The notes under the pieces were generated by a model, which was not told the origin of the DNA, ran no database searches, and worked only from the letters and a program-made list of their open reading frames with translations. A program made the translations under genes and the position numbers. Below, piece after piece: positions 58,901 through 64,000 of a DNA stretch of 64,000 bases (position 1 is its first letter; the number at the start of each line of letters is the position of its first letter). The DNA comes from Eledone cirrhosa (lineage: Eukaryota): the NCBI GenBank assembly GCA_964016885.1, contig OZ024742.1:372992001-373056000 (forward strand), in the 5' to 3' direction.

Positions 58901-61235
58901 CTGTAAATCTCTTTCTATATAAACTGTAAATCTCTTTCTATATGAACTGTAAATCTCTTTCTATATAAACTGTAAATCTCATTCTATATAAGCTGTAAAT
59001 CTCATTCTATGAACTGTAAATCTCTTTCTATATAAACTGTAAATCTCATTCTACATAAACTGTAAATCTCATTCTATAAACTGTAAATCTCTTTCTATAT
59101 AAACTGTAAATCTCATTCTATATAAACTGTAAATCTCTTTCTATATAAACTGTAAATTTCATTCTATAAACTGTAAATCTCTTTCTATATAAACTGTAAA
59201 TCTCATTCTATATAAACTGTAAATCTCTTTCTATATAAACTGTAAATCTCATTCTATATAAACTGTGAATCTCATTCTATATAAACTGTAAATCTCTTTC
59301 TATATAAACTGTAAATCTCATTCTATATAAACTGTAAATCTCATTCTATAAACTGTAAATCTCTTTCTATATAACCTGTAAATCTCTTTCTATATAAACT
59401 GTAAATCTCTTACTATAAACTGTAAAGATCATTCTATATAACCTGTAAATCTCTTTCTATATAAACTCTGAATCTGATTCTATATAAACTGTAACTCTCG
59501 TTTTATATAAACTGTGAATCTCATTCTATATAAACTGTATATCTCATTCTATATAAACTGTAAATCTCATTTGATAAACTGTAAATCTCTTTATATATAA
59601 ACTGTAAATCTCATTCTATATAAACTGAAAATCTCTTTCTATATAAACTGTAAATCTCATTCTATATAAACTGTAAATCTCATTCTATAAACTGTAAATC
59701 TCTTTCTATCTAAACTGTAAATCTCATTCTACATAAACTGTAAATCTCTTTCTATATAAACTGTAAATCTCATTCTATATAAACTGTCAATCTCATTCTA
59801 TATAAACTGTAAATCTATTTCTAAATAAACTGTAAATCTCATTCTATATAAACTGTGAATCTCATTCTATATAAACTGTAAATCTCACTCTATATAAACT
59901 GTAAATCTCATTCTATGTAAACTGTAAATCTCATTCTATGTAAACTGTAAATCTCATTCTATATAAACTGTAAATCTCTTTCTATCTAAACTGTAAATCT
60001 CTTTTTATATAAACTGTAAATCTCATTCTATATAAACTGGAAATCTCTTTCTATAAACTGTAAATCTCATTCTATAAACTGTAAATCTCTTTCTATATAA
60101 ACTGTAAATCTCATTCTATATAAACTGTAAATCTCTTTCTATATAAACTGTAAATCTCATTCTATATAAACTGTAAATCTCATTCTATATAAACTGTGAA
60201 TCTCATTCTATATAAACTGTATATCTCATTCTATATAAACTGTAAATCTCATTCGATAAACTGTTAATCTCTTTTTATATAAACTGTAAATCTCATTCTA
60301 TATAACCTGGAAATCTCTTTCTATAAACTGGAAATCTCATTCTATGAACTGTAAATCTCTTTCTATATGAACTGTAAATCTCATTCTATATAAACTGTAA
60401 ATCTCATTCTATAAACTGTAAATCTCCTTCTATATTAACTGTAAATCTCATTCTACATAAACTGTAAATCTCATTCTATATAAACTGTAAATCTCATTCT
60501 ATATAAACTGTAAATCTCTTTCTAAATAAACTGTAAATCTCATTCTATATAAACTGTGAATCTCATTCTATATAAACTGTAAATCTCACTCTATATAAAC
60601 TGTAAATCTCATTCGATAAACTGTAAATCTCTTTTTATATAAACTGTAAATCTCATTGTATATAAACTGTAAATCTCATTCTATAAACTGTAAATCTCTT
60701 TCTATATAAACTGTGAATCTCATTCTATAAACTCTAAATCTCATTCTATATAAACTGTAAATCTCATTCTATAAACTGTAAATCTCTTTCTATATAAACT
60801 GTAAATCTCATTCTGTATAAGCTGTAAATCTCATTCTATTAACTGTAAATCTCATTCTATATAAACTGTAAATCTCATTCTATATAAACTGTATATATCA
60901 TTCTATAAACTGTAAATCTCAGTCTATAAACTGTAAATCTCTTTCTATATAAACTGTAAATCTCTTTCTATATGAACTGTAAATCTCTTTCTATATAAAC
61001 TGTAAATCTTATTCTATATAAGCTGTAAATCTCATTCTATGAACTGTAAATCTCTATCCTATATAAACTGTAAATCTCATTCTATATAAACTGTAAATCT
61101 CATTCTATGAACTGTAAATCTCTTTCTATATAAACTGTAAATCTCATTATATATAAACTGTAAATCTCTTTCTATATAAACTGTAAATTTCATTCTATAA
61201 ACTGTAAATCTCTTTCTATATAAACTGTAAATCTC
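55975..61235. repeat. 2613-bp near-perfect tandem duplication (~55975-58587 and ~58588-61200)
   Basis: AAACCTC 56096/58709, AAAGATC 56814/59427 and CTATCCTA 58443/61056 all sit at offset 2613. Confidence 0.92.
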
Positions 61236-64000
61236 ATTCTATATAAACTGTAAATCTCTTTCTATATAAACTGTAAATCTCATTCTATATAAACTGTGAA
61301 TCTCATTCTATATAAACTGTAAATCTCTTTCTATATCAAATGTAAATCTCATTCTATATAAACTGTAAATCTCATTCTATATAAACTGTAAATCACATTC
61401 TATAAACTGTAAATCTCTTTCTATATAAACTGTAAATCTCATTCTATAGAAGCTGTAAATCTCATTCTATTAACTGTAAATCTCTTTCTATATAAACTGT
61501 AAATCTCATTCTATTAACTGTAAATCTCTTTCTATATAAACTGTAAATCTCAGTCTATAAACTGTAAATCTCTTTCTATATAAACTGTAAATCTCATTCT
61601 ATATAAACTGTGAATCTCATTCTATATAAACTGTAAATCTCTTTCTATATAAACTGTAAATCTCATTCTATATAAGCTGTAAATCTCATTCTGTTAACTG
61701 TAAATCTCATTCTATATAAACTGTAAATCTCATTCTATATAAACTGTATATATCATTCTATAAACTGTAAATCTCAGTCTATAAACTGTAAATCTCTTTC
61801 TATATAAACTGTAAATTTCTTTCTATATGAACTGTAAATCTCTTTCTATATAAACTGTAAATCTTATTCTATATAAGCTGTAAATCTCATTCTATGAACT
61901 GTAAATCTCTTTCTATATAAACTGTAAATCTCATTCTATATAAAGTGTAAATCTCATTCTATGAACTGTAAATCTCTTTCTATATAAACTGTAAATCTCA
62001 TTATATATAAACTGTAAATCTCTTTCTATATAAACTGTAAATTTCATTCTATAAACTGTAAATCTCTTTCTATATAAACTGTAAATCTCATTCTATATAA
62101 ACTGTAAATCTCTTTCTATATAAACTGTAAATCTCATTCTATATAAACTGTGAATCTCATTCTATATAAACTGTAAATCTCTTTCTATATCAAATGTAAA
62201 TCTCATTCTATATAAACTGTAAATCTCATTCTATATAAACTGTAAATCTCATTCTATAAACTGTAAATCTCTTTCTATATAAACTGTAAATCTCATTCTA
62301 TATAAACTGTAAATCTCATTCTATTAACTGTAAATCTCTTTCTATATAAACTGTAAATCTCAGTCTATAAACTGTAAATCTCTTTCTATATAAACTGTAA
62401 ATCTCTTTCTATATGAACTGTAAATCTCTTTCTATATAAACTGTAAATCTCATTCTATATAAACTGTAAATCTCTTTCTATATAAACTGTAAATCTCATT
62501 CTATATAAACTGTGAATCTCATTCTATATAAACTGTAAATCTCTTTCTATATAAACTGTAAATCTCATTCTATATAAACTGTAAATCTCATTCTATAAAC
62601 TGTAAATCTCTTTCTATATCAACTGTAAATCTCATTCTATATAAGCTGTAAATCTCATTCTATTAACTGTAAATCTCTTTCTATATAAACTGTAAATCTC
62701 ATTCTATATGAATTGTATATATCATTCTATAAACTGTAAATCTCAGTCTATAAACTGTAAATCTCTTTCTATATAAACTGTAAGTCTCCTTCTATGTGAA
62801 CTGTAAATCTCATTCTATATAAACTGTAAATCTCATTCTATATAAACTGTAAATCTCATTCTATAAACTGTAAATCTCTTTCTATATAAACTGTAAATCT
62901 CATTCTATATAAGCTGTAAATCTCATTCTATTAACTGTAAATCTCTTTCTATATAAAGTGTAAATCTCATTCTATATAAACTGTATATATCATTCTATAA
63001 ACTGTAAATCTCAGTCTATAAACTGTAAATCTCTTTCTATATAAACTGTAAATCTCATTCTATAAACTGTAAATCTCTTTCTATAGCAACTGTAAATCTC
63101 CTTCTATATAAGCTGTAAATCTCATTCTATTAACTGTAAATCTCTTTCTATATAAACTGTAAATCTCATTCTATATAAACTGTATATATCATTCTATAAA
63201 CTGTAAATCTCAGTCTATAAACTGTAAATCTCTTTCTATATAAACTGTAAATCTCCTTCTATATGAACTGTAAATCTCTTTCTATATAAACTGTAAATCT
63301 CATTCTATGTAAGCTGTAAATCTCATTCTATGAACTGTAAATCTCTTTCTATATAAACTGTAAATCTCATTCTATATAAACTGTAAATCTCATTCTATAT
63401 AAACTGTAAATCTCTTTCTATATAAACTGTAAATTTCATTCTATAAACTGTAAATCTCTTTCTATATAAACTGTAAATCTCATTCTATATAAACTGTAAA
63501 TCTCTTTCTATATAAACTGTAAATCTCATTCTATATAAACTGTGAATCTCATTCTATATAAACTGTAAATCTCTTTCTATATAAACTGTAAATCTCATTC
63601 TATATAAACTGTAAATCTCATTCTATAAACTGTAAATCTCTTTCTATATAAACTGTAAATCTCATTCTATATAAGCTGTAAATCTCATTCTATTAACTGT
63701 AAATCTCATTCTATATAAACTGTAAATCTCATTCTATATAAACTGTATATATCATTCTATAAACTGTAAATCTCAGTCTATAAACTGTAAATCTCTTTCT
63801 ATATAAACTGTAAATCTCATTCTATATGAACTGTAAATCTCTTTCTATATAAACTGTAAATCTTATTCTATATAAACTGTAAATCTCATTCTATGAACTG
63901 TAAATCTCTTTCTATATAAACTGTAAATCTCATTCTATATAAACTGTAAATCTCATTCTATGAACTGTAAATCTCTTTCTATATAAACTGTAAATCTCAT

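Larger units (their letters stand above)
1..64000. repeat. Tandem satellite DNA array, 23/21-bp monomer AAACTGTAAATCTC(A/T)TTCTAT(AT), head-to-tail, running off both window ends
   Basis: ACTGTAAATC at 1 recurs at 24, 47, etc. (period 23), and 21-bp units lacking one AT are interspersed. Every line of the window fits this consensus with 0-3 substitutions. No reverse-complement units or unique inserts were seen. Confidence 0.99.

Noticed and set aside
1-64000. CRISPR array
   Set aside because: The repeat length is CRISPR-like, but units abut directly with no unique spacers, leader or cas genes.
1-64000. Repetitive protein-coding ORF on either strand
   Set aside because: The + strand has TAA twice per unit and the - strand has TAG and TGA. 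The 23-bp period rotates frames, so every frame closes within a few monomers.
1-64000. Telomerase-made telomeric tract (some yeasts have 21-25-bp units)
   Set aside because: There is no G-rich telomeric core, and point variants are inherited in kb-scale duplicated blocks, which indicates recombinational copying rather than templated de novo synthesis.
1-64000. Information-encoding or synthetic binary code in the A/T and 21/23 states
   Set aside because: The variant order is explained by nested duplication and mutation. No evidence of designed or decoded information.
1-64000. Individual promoters, terminators, iterons or inverted repeats
   Set aside because: There are no adjacent genes, no hairpins beyond short TATA palindromes and no strand switch.

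Overview
The whole 64-kb window is one uninterrupted, single-orientation, AT-rich (about 22% GC in the consensus) tandem satellite array. The monomer is 23 bp, AAACTGTAAATCTC(A/T)TTCTATAT, with a common 21-bp form lacking one AT; length divided by unit size gives roughly 2,800 monomers. I see no genes, RNA genes, mobile elements, CRISPR spacers or unique sequence, and I cannot assign the satellite to a named family or organism. The real information lies in rare monomer variants. Tracked by eye, they reveal nested segmental duplications of about 13.8, 5.2, 3.7, 2.84, 2.61, 2.60 and 0.5 kb, 268-bp 12-mer modules, left/right variant domains, a more diverged block, an apparently templated junction insert and repeated CpG-to-TpG decay. 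No novel protein-coding system is supported. Duplication offsets were read from marker variants by hand and boundaries are approximate (plus or minus 1-3 monomers).
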